From NCBI GenBank assembly GCA_051362555.1, contig CM120641.1, positions 19,096,001 to 19,160,000 of the forward strand: DNA of 64,000 bases, read 5' to 3'. The notes beneath the pieces are model-generated. The model made no database searches, had not been told where the DNA came from, and was given only the letters and a program-made list of their open reading frames with translations. Below are positions 41,998 through 55,553 of this stretch, piece by piece. Origin of the DNA: Lingula anatina (taxonomy: Eukaryota; Animalia; Brachiopoda). A program made the position numbers and the translations under genes. Each line of letters starts with the position of its first letter. Position 1 is the stretch's first letter.

Positions 41998-43141
41998 ATG
42001 TACGTTAACCAAGTATGGACGGCTGTAAGGAAAGCAGTAACACACGATTTACCTGCAACAATCCTCGAAAAACGAGTAGATGATCCAGAATTACAACAGG
42101 AAGGGAACCCTTACATAAGAGATATCATGAAGTTATTTAAATTTTTTCGAACAAGTTTTACCACTGAAGAAGACAAGGCAGCAATTATAATGAGCATCAG
42201 TCATTTAGCGTTCACAGGTAAATACGTGCACCGCATTGAACAAGTTGTTATGATAATCCGCAACTTTATCTTGTTTCGTGAAACCTGTTGTATACACATT
42301 TGTTTATCTTCTTTTACCAGCCCAACAATGAAGGTTTATGCCATTTCCCCTATCCCTTTCCCCCTTTTTAATCAAAATTAATTTAACAACATATTGTTTA
42401 CAGGAGGGACCGAAGCAGCAAAATATGTTGGACTAAAAATAATGCCAGAGTTCATTAATATGCTCACCAAGGAGTCTGTATTCATGCAGATACACCTCTT
42501 GAAAGCAATGAGTCAAATTGTGTGCAGGGTAAACGAAAATCAAATGAAAGTGGCTGAGGATGGGGAAATCTTAGAGCACATATCGAGCATGATTGGAGAC
42601 CCAAATAATATGAGGAGATCAAGATGGGCTGTGTATTTCCTAAACACTCTAGCTGCCGACAACGTAGCTGTATTTAGAAGGCTCATAAGTAAGTTATCTT
42701 TAAAATATACACAATGAATCTTGTCATAGGTGTTTAAACACTGATACTATCAGAATTCAATATTAAACATGACATGTATCCAGTATGTTTGGTAAAATTC
42801 AAGCAAGGATGAACCTATCACTTGGTAGTTGGTAGTCATCAATTTTATTTGTAAAACATAATTTTTATAACCCATATTCCTTAATACGTCTGCACCGTGC
42901 AGTTTACAACACAGCGGAAAAGGACTGTAGACTGTAGGTAGAGTTATTTTACATTTTTCTGTAATTCATTTATTTAGAAGTCCCTAACTTAGAAGACGCC
43001 CTCCGGACAGAAGCTGCCCGACCTGAACCTTGGGGTGTGTGGGGTAAAAATTATGCGCAGGTATTGATTAGGCTGCTCGGCTACCCTACGGTCAAGACTG
43101 CGAACAAAGGAAAAGGGAAGAAAAAGGCTAAAAAGCGATAA
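41998..43141 (+). CDS. ARMH2: Armadillo-like helical domain-containing protein 2 homolog, 222 aa, 3 exons
   Basis: Exons 41998-42217, 42404-42688, 42978-43141. Motifs HLAFTGG (intron at TG|G), RWAVYFLNTLAADN and WGVWGKNYAQVLIRLLGY resemble vertebrate ARMH2/C6orf229 as recalled (LLAFTGG, FWACYVL, WSGWPENFAEVL..LIGF). Confidence 0.78.
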
Positions 43142-46100
43142 CGCCCGCTGCTTTCACGAACAGAGTATTTCATTGTCTTCATAGTGTTCATGGCATCAGA
43201 AAAAGGAATATAGTTTATGAAACGGAAGAGCATTGAATATCTACCTGGCTTCCTGCCAAGCTTTACTGCAGGACTTTAAATGCCTTATTCTCACAGTCCT
43301 ACCCACAAATCGTTTTGTCCGCTACTTTGGGCATTGAGCTCTGTGGACCTTACCCATCAGCTGCTTACGGTCATCGGCTGACCAATCTTCAGTCAGACAT
43401 TCCCTTAGTCTGACACATATCAAAGCACGCAGCACACAATAAAGATATCAATTATATACCACCTTACGTAAAACGAATTAGTTTAACATTATTATCTTAT
43501 ACAGACTGAGAGGGATTTTCCCATACCATAATTTACTTAACATTTCCTTCTCTCTGGAAGACGACAAACAGTGCTTGGTTCTCTGTAGGCCTACATATAG
43601 ATGGGTTCTTCGTATCGGATCCACATTCATTCCAGTGTGTTATTTGCCAGAAAAATATCACAGTCTTAAAAATCGAGTTGTGGTTTTAATATTATTGTGA
43701 TAACTGAAAGAATCACAACTGTTTCAAGGACAACAAATGCGACGACGGTTTCGCTCGTCCTATCATATCCCTAGAGCAGTGTTTCACCTTGCCAGGTAAT
43801 ACCAGAGCTTGCATATTCAAAAACACTGAACTGGGCACAAATAAGTGGATGAAAAATGCGAAACAATAAAAAATGTGATTGAATCTAAATCTTTCACGTA
43901 CTGTAGTACAGTACATGTAGATAATATTTTACCGATTATAATTCACCGTTCTCAAAAAAATGAAAAAAATTTAAAGGTGAAGCTGAGGAGTTTTTTGTTT
44001 GTTTTTTGTTTTGTTTTATTTTGTTTTTTTATGAGTAAAATAAAAATGCGAGCATTTAAAATGATTTTCTTCAGAAAGAATATTCCTAGGCATAAGTTTA
44101 AATAGCTTGTTTTAAATAACCATTTTGTTCTCCCTCGTAGTTACAATGAACCTTACTGAAAAGATCATAACCCTTAGACAAAAATCTCGGGCTCAACTAC
44201 TGCCTATTAGCCCACTGTTTGACACTTCAGGTCGTCACTGGAACAGAGGAGCTGTAAGTTATCCCCGTGTACCTCATCGGCCACCGCACTGTGCACTGGG
44301 AATGTATTGAAGTTCACCCCAGGGGGTGGCTCCTTCGAGTACTCCGTCGATCACAACTCGTCCACTTAATGCATTACACCACAGTGCTATGCCCTTGTGC
44401 GTGACAGATCGATCTATACTTTTTGATCGGTTATTAGTGGCTAACACCCCTTATCCGCAAAATTACACGAGATATGGGTTTTATTCGGTGATTCACCTTC
44501 AAGGCGATTCTCTTACTTAGAGCGGCAGACCAGCGTTGTAACAGCTTGTATTAAAATATCGGTTGGTTTTTAAATCGCGGGAAATTGAATTAATATTCAA
44601 CAATCTATCACAGAAGCAAGCATTGGGAATTTTAAAATGGTCTCCATATTGGGGAATCAAATCTCTGTTGACAGCCGTAATTACATGTTTGAAAATGACC
44701 GTTGCTCATGATCGCAGGTAATTGTCCTGTTTGGCTGTAATCATCGATCTCTGCGAGGGTTGTCTCGGGAGCCAGGGACAGGCAGCTGGCGCAATGTTAT
44801 CGTTATACGAGAGGGAATCGAGGGAGAAATGCACTTGCGGCCTTTTAGATGTTACGCTTAACCCACAAAACAAACATAAAGCATCATATGTCTTTGTATC
44901 ATTTTTTTTTTCTTTTTGGATAAGAGTCAAGATTTTCTATTGTGACTGACATATTTTTATCCTATATATCCTATTATGAATTAAGCGCTACCTGCCCATG
45001 CTATTCAAACCTCAGACGTCAAGCAAACCTCAAACCCCAAAGTTGCATTTTAATGTTGTTTCTGGATACCCGTGTCTACACACATCTTTGAATCAGGATC
45101 AAAATTTCTAGGAGACTTTAGTTCCACAGGCACAACAGCACTTTCACGACCGTTTATACAAGGAGAAGGACGGGAAAACTCCGGTGCGAGGTAGGTCAGC
45201 GTATTGTAAAGCGCGTTTTAATTTTGTTTTAGTTGACTGAAACTGCTCTGGCGAGTTTCTGAAAAGTTGGAAAATAATGAAAAGGTATTTCTAAATCCTT
45301 ATTTACGTGAAGTATAATTTGGTAGATGCTTTTCACACTCACAACTATTTTACATGTATTATTGACTACCATGACTTCGAAATGTTCACAATGATTTCAA
45401 GTCGGAATATTGTTAGATTCTATCATTTTACAAAAATAAATTATAACTGATCACGACACGAAGTATTATTCCGACCCCTTAGATTTAATGATGCTACGTT
45501 ATAACTAATAACAAGACACCAGGTGCAGCGCAATACATCAGGCAATAATAAGAGGTCAAAAAAGGATAGATAGATAGATAGATAGATAGATAGGATGGAA
45601 GAAGAGACCAACTGACCGACCGACAGGCAAACAGATAATAAGCGAGTGTACAAGACATACAGATATATAAACATTAAAAAGTTGGAAAGTAAATTAGAAA
45701 AAAACTGATGCACAAAACAAAATCGATATCAGTTATATTATCTTGATTTAACATTGTAAAACTCCGGCGACCGGAATGTGTGCCGGCTGGTTCGGTGACA
45801 TGTCAAACTTAAGGCGTGGTACACTAGCAGTTGGCGATCACGCAGCATGTTGTGTAGGTTCATTTATACAAGCTGTGTGGATCACGCGTGCTTTTATAAT
45901 ACATAGTGTTCGTTATTTTACGGGGAACAAAGTACGCAACATCGGGGGCGTGGTAACTTATACACGCCGCACGATAAGCGCCTCACGAAAAACTGCCAGG
46001 GGTTTGTTGTTTTTGCCTCTCGGTGGATTGTGTTCTTCTTCGCATTGGCAGTGTATCAGATTTCTACAGACAACTGGCCTATCTTCTTCACTGAGTGAAC

Positions 46101-46342
46101 GTCTTTTTACCATGTGTTGCACGGCAACCTGTTCATGACAACTGGCATCTAACAGAGCTGTTAAGACAGTTCAGAATTTGAAATCTCAAACGAATATCTG
46201 CATCCTTCATTCTTGGGACGTTTAATTTTGTCGTGTAGTATGATATCTTTCAGCGACTACCGTTAATACATCAGCAAGAGCGGAATATTTCATTTTGTCC
46301 ATCACCGGCTGGATAAATCCATGTGACGTCTAAATTCTAACC

Positions 46343-49300
46343 ATGGGTGCGCCAAAGTTGCTTGATGAGCTGTCCAAGGCAGAGTCAGGCCAGGCTACAG
46401 TAGGGGCCCGTTACAGAATTAAAGAAGAAGATGGCAGTAGGCGTGTGTACCAGGCAGAACAATGCAGTTGCGTCCCCCCTCCTGTTTTCATTCTTGGAAT
46501 CACTTTACTTGAGGTAAGAGGTTCTGGGAGGTGTTACAGGACTACAACTAAATTTTTTTGTTGCTCATAACGCTTATACATGTATCTATTTTTAATGTCG
46601 TTTTATAGAAACACAATGCGAGAGAATACAACACGTAGAATAAGCGTAAATACTTGATTGGCAAGTGTGATCCATGAGTCATGATATGAACATTGTTTAC
46701 ACACAAATGTGAGTTTTTCAATGTCCGGGTATACGCTTTTGATATCGGTCTTAGAAATCGTAGAAAATGGATCTTCTTCATGAATTTTGCATGAATTTTT
46801 CTATAAAACTATTTTCACCACACCTTATTAACCCAATGAAGTGTCGACCTGGCAACGATCGTATTTACGAAATAAAATGTGAAGGGGTTTTTACTAGGAA
46901 CAATGAAATTAACCAGATAATGAAAATAAAACACACAACTGATTTACTGCGTTTTACTTTCGATACATCCAGTGTTTTTAAAGTGTTTATTGATGCCGTT
47001 TGATCGAAACGGTCAATTACAAAAATTTAAACAATGATGAATGAATAATTGAGGCATCACTTAACTGTTTTAAGTACTTTCCCACTTCCTTTTCTCTCAA
47101 ACTAAATTGACTAACTGAAATTGAAATCAGCCGTAGATTTGCTTTCAAAATTGATGCTTTGAACTCGAAACAGGACCAACGCGCTTACTGAGCACCATTT
47201 ACTGCTGAAAATCCGCCAAGGCAGCAAAACCTATGGAGTAATATGAACCAATAGATAGTGAGAGTAGATAACAACCTACGCCCTCCCACGGGGCAGCATA
47301 ATTGAAAAGAATTCGGTCTGTGGATTTCAAAATTCACTAAATAACTTCCTCAAGGGCATCTAATAAATGAATTATCTTAAACATTAGACCACCGTGTAAA
47401 TAACAAAGCAGACACGACTGGGCACTACACATATGCGGGTAGTCAGCTGGAAAACTTGGCGGGATTCAGAGTGGGGAAAAAGGAAAGAATAAAAAAATAA
47501 CAGAAAAAGAGGAAAACAAAATCTCCAACATTGTTTACGTGCTCTCCAACCACCTACCATCTTATCTGCCATAATCAATAGAAACGTTAATTTGGGTTAG
47601 ACAACAGTTAAGGCATATTTAAGGCAGCAAAACCTATGGAGTAATTTATATTTAAGATTCTTTAGAGATGTTTGTTGTTTTTTTCTGCTTGATCAATAGA
47701 TAGGGTAATTGTCTTACACATGCAGCAGTGTCATTTATCACGTTTTTCCGGTTTTTCGTAATAACCGCATGAGTGGAAAGTGAAAAAACAAAATAAGCTT
47801 ATATTATGAACTGTTTACTGGAGTAGGAGTACACATTCGCCTTTCATCCACCCATTAAATTTGTGTTTTTATTACGATTTCTTTTTAACTTTATGTATCA
47901 TATTTACTTTTATTTCTAGATTCTCTTTTTCGTGTACAGCCTCAGTGGCAGTTGTGACAGAGACCGAAACGCCATACCCATCATTCCCAACAGAGACAGT
48001 ATTGTCGTATACAGATCCGATAAAAAGCGAGAATTATGGAGATTTGTGTGTTACGTTCTTGTGCACGAAGGGTAAGTCCCTCGAATATTTTCCTTTTTTT
48101 TTTTTTGTACCTTTCTTAAGTTTCAGAGAAATTCATGCCCTGTTAACGAAAATGATGATTGACTCTCCGAATAAATATTAAGGTTAATGGCATCAAGAAT
48201 ACGGACCCGAAACTTATATTTCTTATGAACAAAATATTATCAGGCCAGGTTTTTCTTTTACTGAAAATTACTTTAAATACAGGTATGTGTAAGTATAATG
48301 ATAGAGGCTCAGTTCTTGTGATGTAGTGGGCGTTGGAATAACACTGTTAAATGCACCATATATGCAGTAGGTGTTTTGCTGACCTTTTTAGAAGTCAATA
48401 ATTCAATGTTATCAAAAAGAAAAAAACAATGTATATTAACCTTACAAAATATCCGAAAGACATAGAAATTATACATGGCAGTACAAAATGTAACTGCACT
48501 CTTCCCCTACCCTCTACCAGGGTACAGATTGATTTTTTAAATATATATACACAGACGTGTATCTGGCTAATTCATGGCATGATTCTTTGCTGTCGTGTTG
48601 AAAAAAATGCACATTTATCAATCTATGGCTCTGGTAGACAATACTCTTCCCCCGCTTGAAATATCACAAGGGTTTTAGTGTGGTTGCCCTCGCAGACGAT
48701 GGTTTGGTTGGCCTTCTAAATTTCCCCCGTACGTTACGTTCATTTTATTTGTTCTTATACTTTTACATGTAATGCTATCGCATATTTGGTCCTTTTCTAC
48801 CTCTGTTCAGGCCTACAGCAGTTGATACCCTGAACCTTCCACGTACATCTACTCATATTTTAGGTGGATGCACCTCTTTTTCAACATGGTTGTGCAGCTT
48901 CTAATAGGTCTTCCCTTAGAGATGATCCACGGCTCCGTACGTGTGTGTATTGTATACACGGCAGGAGTGGTCGGAGGTAAGCTAATACATTGTACTTGTA
49001 GTCCCACGTTAGGTAGAGACCGGTTGCCCCTCCCCACTTTTGCAAAAATGACGAACCGCCTCTTTCATCGTCCAAAAGAAAGAAAAAACGCCCACTTCGG
49101 GGGCCAGATAATCATGTTTCATAAACTTCAAATTGTGTATCTCGGCCCTGAAGAAATGTGTACAGCACTGTGCATTTACATGTAATACAAAAGTTGCAAG
49201 CGTGACGAAAAGTCGGTACATAGATATTTGTAGGCTTTGTTAGGTTATTTCTATGGATATTTCCAAGAAACTTACTATTCATAAATACATGTATTGTCGT

Positions 49301-50961
49301 TTAAACTGTATCCTATACTCTAATCAGCAAAGTACTGACAACTTGGTATTTTTTGCCAAACAATTTTATAAACAACCAAAATTACGCATGCAGATAAGAT
49401 ACAGAAACGTTTAAATCTTTTAAAAACGTTACGCTTTTCAAAGCACTTCAAGCACCTCGTATGTCTCAGGCTAAATGATTAGTACTTTTCTTTTCTCATA
49501 AATTTTCTTTTCTTTCTTTCCTTTTTTCGTTAGCTTCGCTCGGTACTACCATCTTCCTTCAAAATGTTGTGTTAATAGGAGCCTCGGGGGGAGTGTATGC
49601 GCTGCTGGCAGCTCACGTAGCCGATGTGATACTGGTGAGTACGGCATCATCAAAGACTCTTTTGAATCTTAGACGGCTATTTTGCTTCACAAAGAATCTT
49701 AAAGGTCGTGTAGCTCGTCTTTTCAGTCTTTTAAGCCCCTAGGGCAAACTGCGATAGTTTTAATATTGACAATGATATTTACTCACTCTGTTAACTGTAA
49801 TCTATTTAGGTAGACCTATATTAACTATATTTATTGTAGGCCAGTCTTTCAATAAAAGTGGTGTCACCTTCCGGCTGTCCGATTTTAACAGTCTAAGCTA
49901 AGCATTAAAACTGACTTTTTGTTGAATGGTGAAAATTACAATCATTGTCACCACTACTGCATTAATCCCTGCAAAGACTACTGCATTTTACCAACTGAAA
50001 TGGAGTGCGACGGTTAACATGGCTGTCATTATCACATCTACCGCATTAAACAGAACTGTCACAGCGGCAATCCCTACTCTTGTAGCAGTCCTAAATCATC
50101 CCAGAATTCACGTAATTATTGTCAAATCTACCGCAAATGTCATTGTCATCATGGTGAACATTACAAGAAGTAATACTTTATTTACAGTGACATCTTGTCA
50201 TTGGTACAGTACGGCAATGCATCACAGGACAGCAGTAGTGGTGAATAGAAATAGACCTACAAATCAATAAAAATCATCATATGTATAATTACTTATCACA
50301 AGCAATACCAAACTACATGAAATATCGGGATCCTAACGATGATCATTCTAGTTACTGTGACATTCACACAACATACTAGCACAGGCGGTATCCTTTGGTC
50401 TTGTATAATGTATTTTCTTTTATTTCCAGAATTACTCCGAAATGGAACTAGGATTTTTGAAGATAATTGCAGCCATAATAATAGGTAATACAACGTGATT
50501 GGTGCTTTCATATTACATACATTTACTTATTTAAGTTACTTCCCACCATCACACTTTTTATTCATCAAAGTTTGATGCAGATAAAAAGCCGCGGCTGTTT
50601 CATCGTTGTTATATGTGTTTTTCTGTCTCTTTTAAAATCAACCAGATGTTCAAAACATATGAATATTGTAAGTACCATATCTTTTTTTTCTTTTCTTTTT
50701 TCTCGCACAGCTTCGACTGATACCGTTGCGCTTCTTTGGAATCAATATTTCGACGTCAGACGTAGTGACCTGAAAAGTTCTTCCTTTTCCCAGACGTACA
50801 TAGCACACCTTATTGGGGCCGTCTCTGGGCTTACAATGGGATTCATCGTACTGAAGAACTTCCAACCCAGCCCCCATAGCAAGGTGGTCTGGTGGTTGGC
50901 AGTGGTGTCGTACGTCTCTAGTATGCTGTTCGCCATCTGGTGGAACGTAGACCTTGGATAG
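46343..50961 (+). CDS. Rhomboid intramembrane serine protease (RHBDL1-3/Rho secretase type), 280 aa, 6 coding exons
   Basis: Exons 46343-46513, 47920-48071, 48864-48976, 49534-49634, 50430-50484, 50711-50961. Motifs CVPPPVFI, ELWRF, HxGWxHLxFN, LEMIHG, catalytic GASGG and AHLIG. Confidence 0.94.
48508..48643. mobile_element. MITE, TACCCTCTACCAG family, copy 3
   Basis: TACCCTCTACCAGGG...GGCTCTGGTAGACAATA; exact 9-bp TSD CTCTTCCCC on both sides. Confidence 0.8.
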
Positions 50962-53694
50962 CACCAGCTGTTGATGTGTCTTCATTTCTCGTTTGAAACT
51001 TCACGTGCTCTTTCTTGGTGGCGTTTGAATTAAGATGACTGTAGCGAATGCGTGTAGCTTTGAACTTTCTGATTTCATTTTTGTGTGGATTTTAACTTCA
51101 AGGTATATGTATCAGTTTGGGCTCGTAAAAACTCTTTTGGACAGACGCTGTATATCTATATATTTTTCTTAAAAGCCAAGCTGCATTCATATCTTCATCT
51201 CAAAAGCTTTTCATTGTTTTCCGCCTTTTAGTTTTCGCATACTAAAAGAATATTAAATGTGAATTGGTGCAATAAATAGAATCTATCCATTGTTTTCCGT
51301 ACAAGGCATTGGGTTTTACTCGGGTATTGGGATTCTCTTTTTGACGGGGCGGATTCGATTAGATTCGCTCAAAAATTCTAAAATAGCAGACAAAAATAAT
51401 CTTACTGTAATATGTGGGTACAGGGAAGGGGATATTGCTTAGATTGGTCAGGTCTTGCTTGTTACGCTCTATCTTGGGAGGGAGAGGAGGGAAATGGGGG
51501 TACCCCCGAAGTAATGAGACCACGTGACCCACTGTGCCAAGCCTTGGACCCGCCATTGGCTAGCCTAAACGTTTATTTTTGACTAAACATTAAACGAGTC
51601 GGCTAAAAACGCAATTTTCGTTGCCTTCAAATTAAGAGTGTTAATAACTGTATATTCGTCAAAAGAAAAACCTTATAATACCACAAAGCGGTTTCTTGTT
51701 TTTACTAAATTATGGCTTCAAACCTAGATGTTTAAGGTGAAACATCCAAATCTTGAGTATTTAAAATAGATGACGGAGTACTATTGAAGTGACCGTCATC
51801 AAAATGGACATACTACTTTTTATTTAAGCATTGTGAAATGGGTTGAAAGGCAACCAAAATCAATATCTCAAGATTTAGAATATAGAACGCACTAAGACAA
51901 AATACAATAATCCCCACCAGCAAGTTCTATAATGCTTACATGGAGTCTTTGTCAAGATGCCATCTATTTCAATTTAAATGCCAAAGAAATTCATTACTTA
52001 TTATGGCATACACATACATACATACATACATAGACACATTAAAGATACGAATTTTGGTACACGCGCACACATCACACCCGCACACGCGCTCTTGCATGCA
52101 TGCTTATTTAGAGAATTGTACGGGTGCTTCCCTCGTACATAAAGTTGCGGTTAATACCAGCACATGTATTCTATACTACCGTTAGGCAGCGTGGCGAGCT
52201 ACCTCAGAAATCTATCCTCTACTCCTAAGGGCCTCATGAATATCCGTTTGCCGGAAAAAATCTGTGAACTTAATTGCTTCGCACAACAATTGGAATAGAA
52301 CTAGCTCAAGATCGCCTTTTTATAGGGTTTGTGTTTTCTTGTATTATTCATTTAGTGCCTTTGTATTCTAAAAAACCATGAAATTAACGATTGTGTATCA
52401 CTCTTTAGCAAGTAATTTGTTAAATCAGATTTATTATCACAATTAAAAGAACTATTAAAAATAATGAGGGGAAATTTCACTAATAATCTCACTAATAAAA
52501 AAAATCCGTTTAAAATGTGACCCAAAACTGCCTCGTGGAACTTGATAAATCTTCAGCGAATATCTAAGAGCTTCCACGACCAAGATTTTTCAATAGTAAC
52601 TTTCGAACAAAGCCATTTGTCGAATATGTGCTATTGTTTCCTAAGCAGCCAGGCCAAGCCTGATCGCCTCATGAAAATATTTTCTTCCTTTGAGACCGAT
52701 CTAATTCAACGAAGGAGTAACTGTACTGAAATTGCTTGTATTATAATGGATGGTATTCTGACGGGCGCGGAATCCCTAACATTTTTCAAAACAATTAGAT
52801 AATTTCAATACTTGGTGGCATACAGTGTAGCGCTGGAGTGGAAGACATGGCGATCGGTGCTGAAAATGGAGAGCGGGTGAGTTATGGCTTAAGCTGGGAA
52901 GTGGCTATGTTAATCCTCGTGGAATGCTTTACATTAATCTGGCTTCATCTAGTCCCGATGAGTGTGATTGATTTACATTTTGCAATATCTGTTTTCAGCA
53001 GCGAGTTCACCTAAGAGACAGGTAAGAAAGAGCTATGACCTTTGAATAGGAAAGTTGCTGTGTATTATCCGAGGAAAGAAATATAGTGCAGAAATGAAAA
53101 TATTATGCAGAAATCTCGGCATGTTACTGGTAAAGCAACTCAGCAAGAATGCAAATAATTGTGTTTGTGGGAAACACCTTCACGAAAACTGTAAGAATGC
53201 AATGTAGCAGCTCTCGCAAAATGAAATCAAAATGGAAATGGCTTGATCTTCCAAGGACACGTCTCTCACTGAGATATATGTTGTTCTCAGAGGGTATCAT
53301 GAGACGAATGATCTTTTTTTTTTTTGCAGAGATAAAGGGGGAGATGTACTATGCATTCGTCACATGGTTATCATGCTAAAAAAGCCATAAGACAAAGCAT
53401 TCCACAAGTTTTGACCTTTATCAGACCTAAACCGCTCTTCACGATGACATGCCGTTGTTGATTAATTTTAACTTGAATGTGGAATACTTCATCTTAATGA
53501 TTTCTGTTTAAGTCTAACATAAAGATAGAACGTATAATATATATTTGGGGGCAACCATTTTTGAACAGACTCGACAAAAGAACCATTTGGTTCACGTGGT
53601 ATTATATACACTTTGTCCAAGAAGATTGCTGCAGCCTTCCATATTTGTGAATTTCGCGTAGATTTCTTTTTGCTTGACAATTGCCCAACTATGA

Positions 53695-53695
<1 letters not shown>

Positions 53696-53751
<56 letters not shown>
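53696..53751. repeat. (AAT)n microsatellite
   Basis: Direct reading. Confidence 0.95.
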
Positions 53752-55422
53752 CTTTAGGTGTACCAACCTTTTTGGGAACAATTATATCAATTCTCCCTAA
53801 GCCTCATAACCTAAATTATGACACGTTTACGGACACAGGGATGAAAATCGTATTGATTTTTATCTTATGATGGGTTACAAGGGACAAAAGCTTACTGTGC
53901 ATTAAAACCGCATAAGGTACAGTGTATCTAATCGGACGTGAAGGACTTCCTTGCAACCCCACAAGAAATTTAGTGCCATGTAATATAAGATATTGAATGT
54001 GTTTCTATGAATATGGCATTAGTGGGTTGCGGAAATAAAGGTCGGTCTAATCAAAGCCTCCTTTTTGCCGTAGACGCTTTAATGCCTTAAAGAGTTCTAG
54101 ATACGGAGACATAGCACTGGCAAATATTAAAGAAAAAAGAAGGGAAAACAGGGGTATATTTATTTCATAGCTATACAGATTTATAAAATTATTTAGAAAT
54201 AAGTCTATGAACAAAGTGCTATATTTCACACACACACACACAAAAAAAAGACTAAAAAAATATTCAGCCAATGAGAGGCCGAAAGCGATCAAAGTATTCT
54301 TAAAAAAGTTTAATCACTTTAAAGACGGTGTGGAGGTTTCGCAACAAATACCGCAATCATAATGGTTATTTTAGTTGTGCGGCCGAGCAAGATTCTAGTC
54401 ATATTCTGTTTCAACATCGATGAGTTCTAATGATGATACAATACAAAGTACATGTGTCTGCTACATCTATGCTCTATACAAGACTTCATGTGGACGAGAA
54501 AACCGATGAGGCTTTGGAAACTTGATTGCGAACATGTAACCGATTAACCTGACAGAAAGCTTTAGAAACCTCGGTGTTTTCACATCAATTTAAGTTGACA
54601 TTTAAGATAGATGTCTTTTGCGTGTCACACTGAGTAGAGGTGGCAGGGTGACACTTCTTTTTCTCTATCTTCAAAGACAGATGACTCATCGACAATAAAG
54701 AAGTAGATTAAAAAGATACATCCTTTCTTTCAAAATCATACCATTGTCTTTCGTGGATCATCCGTGTAATGGCGGAGAAGACACACCTATTATATAGGCT
54801 AATACGTATTATAAGAATTGCCTCCTCATTTAAAGCTTGCATGAACTCCATGAGAAAAACATCACGACATTCTGGTATAATAGCAAAGTGGGGAGAAGGC
54901 GGTTATGTCCAGGCATGATCAGATCGGTTTTCACAAGAAGCTTGAATCCTTACTTCAGGAAACAGTGACGTGAATGCAGTGCAGCCAGTCCATTCTCTCG
55001 GTCCTCCCGGAAATCGCAAATTCTGTTGACCGCTTAACGCCGGTTTAAAGGGGGTTGTACAGCAATGGTTAAAATCAAGTTACTACTCTCAATGTCCTCA
55101 AGGGGCACAATTAATGTCGCTATAAAATGTTTTTCTTCAAACAGCTCTAAAAGCAACTTCATTATAAGTAATCTCGGCCACAAAAGAAGTTAAACGTCTT
55201 CGATTATTGCCGCTCCTTAGAAAAATAATTTTAAGACTTAGATGCGAATGATATTCACAGTGCTTAAACGATGGACACGACCACATCTACATCACCAATA
55301 ATTTCATTTTAGCGAGACACCTTAAATTCCGTTGACAATATCATACAGCCACAGAATGTCCACAATTCATACTTTTTAACAGAACTCGTGTCCTTTTTCT
55401 ATTTAGCTAAGCATATATACTG

Positions 55423-55553
55423 TACCCTCTACCAGGGCTGCAGCTATTATTGTGGACATTTTTGCTGAGGTGACAGAGATTGGCCACTTATTCAACCAGA
55501 GACATATCTGTTAATATCTAGTGAAAATCATTCTGTGGCCCTGGTAGAGGGTA
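55423..55553. mobile_element. MITE, TACCCTCTACCAG family, copy 4
   Basis: TACCCTCTACCAGGGC...GCCCTGGTAGAGGGTA; flanks AGCAT(ATAT)ACTG and AGCATACTG fit a 9-bp TSD with AT slippage. Confidence 0.8.

Noticed and set aside
49926-50270. 114-aa Thr/Val/Ile-rich ORF in a rhomboid intron
   Set aside because: Looks like decayed triplet low-complexity DNA; the rhomboid model is complete without it.
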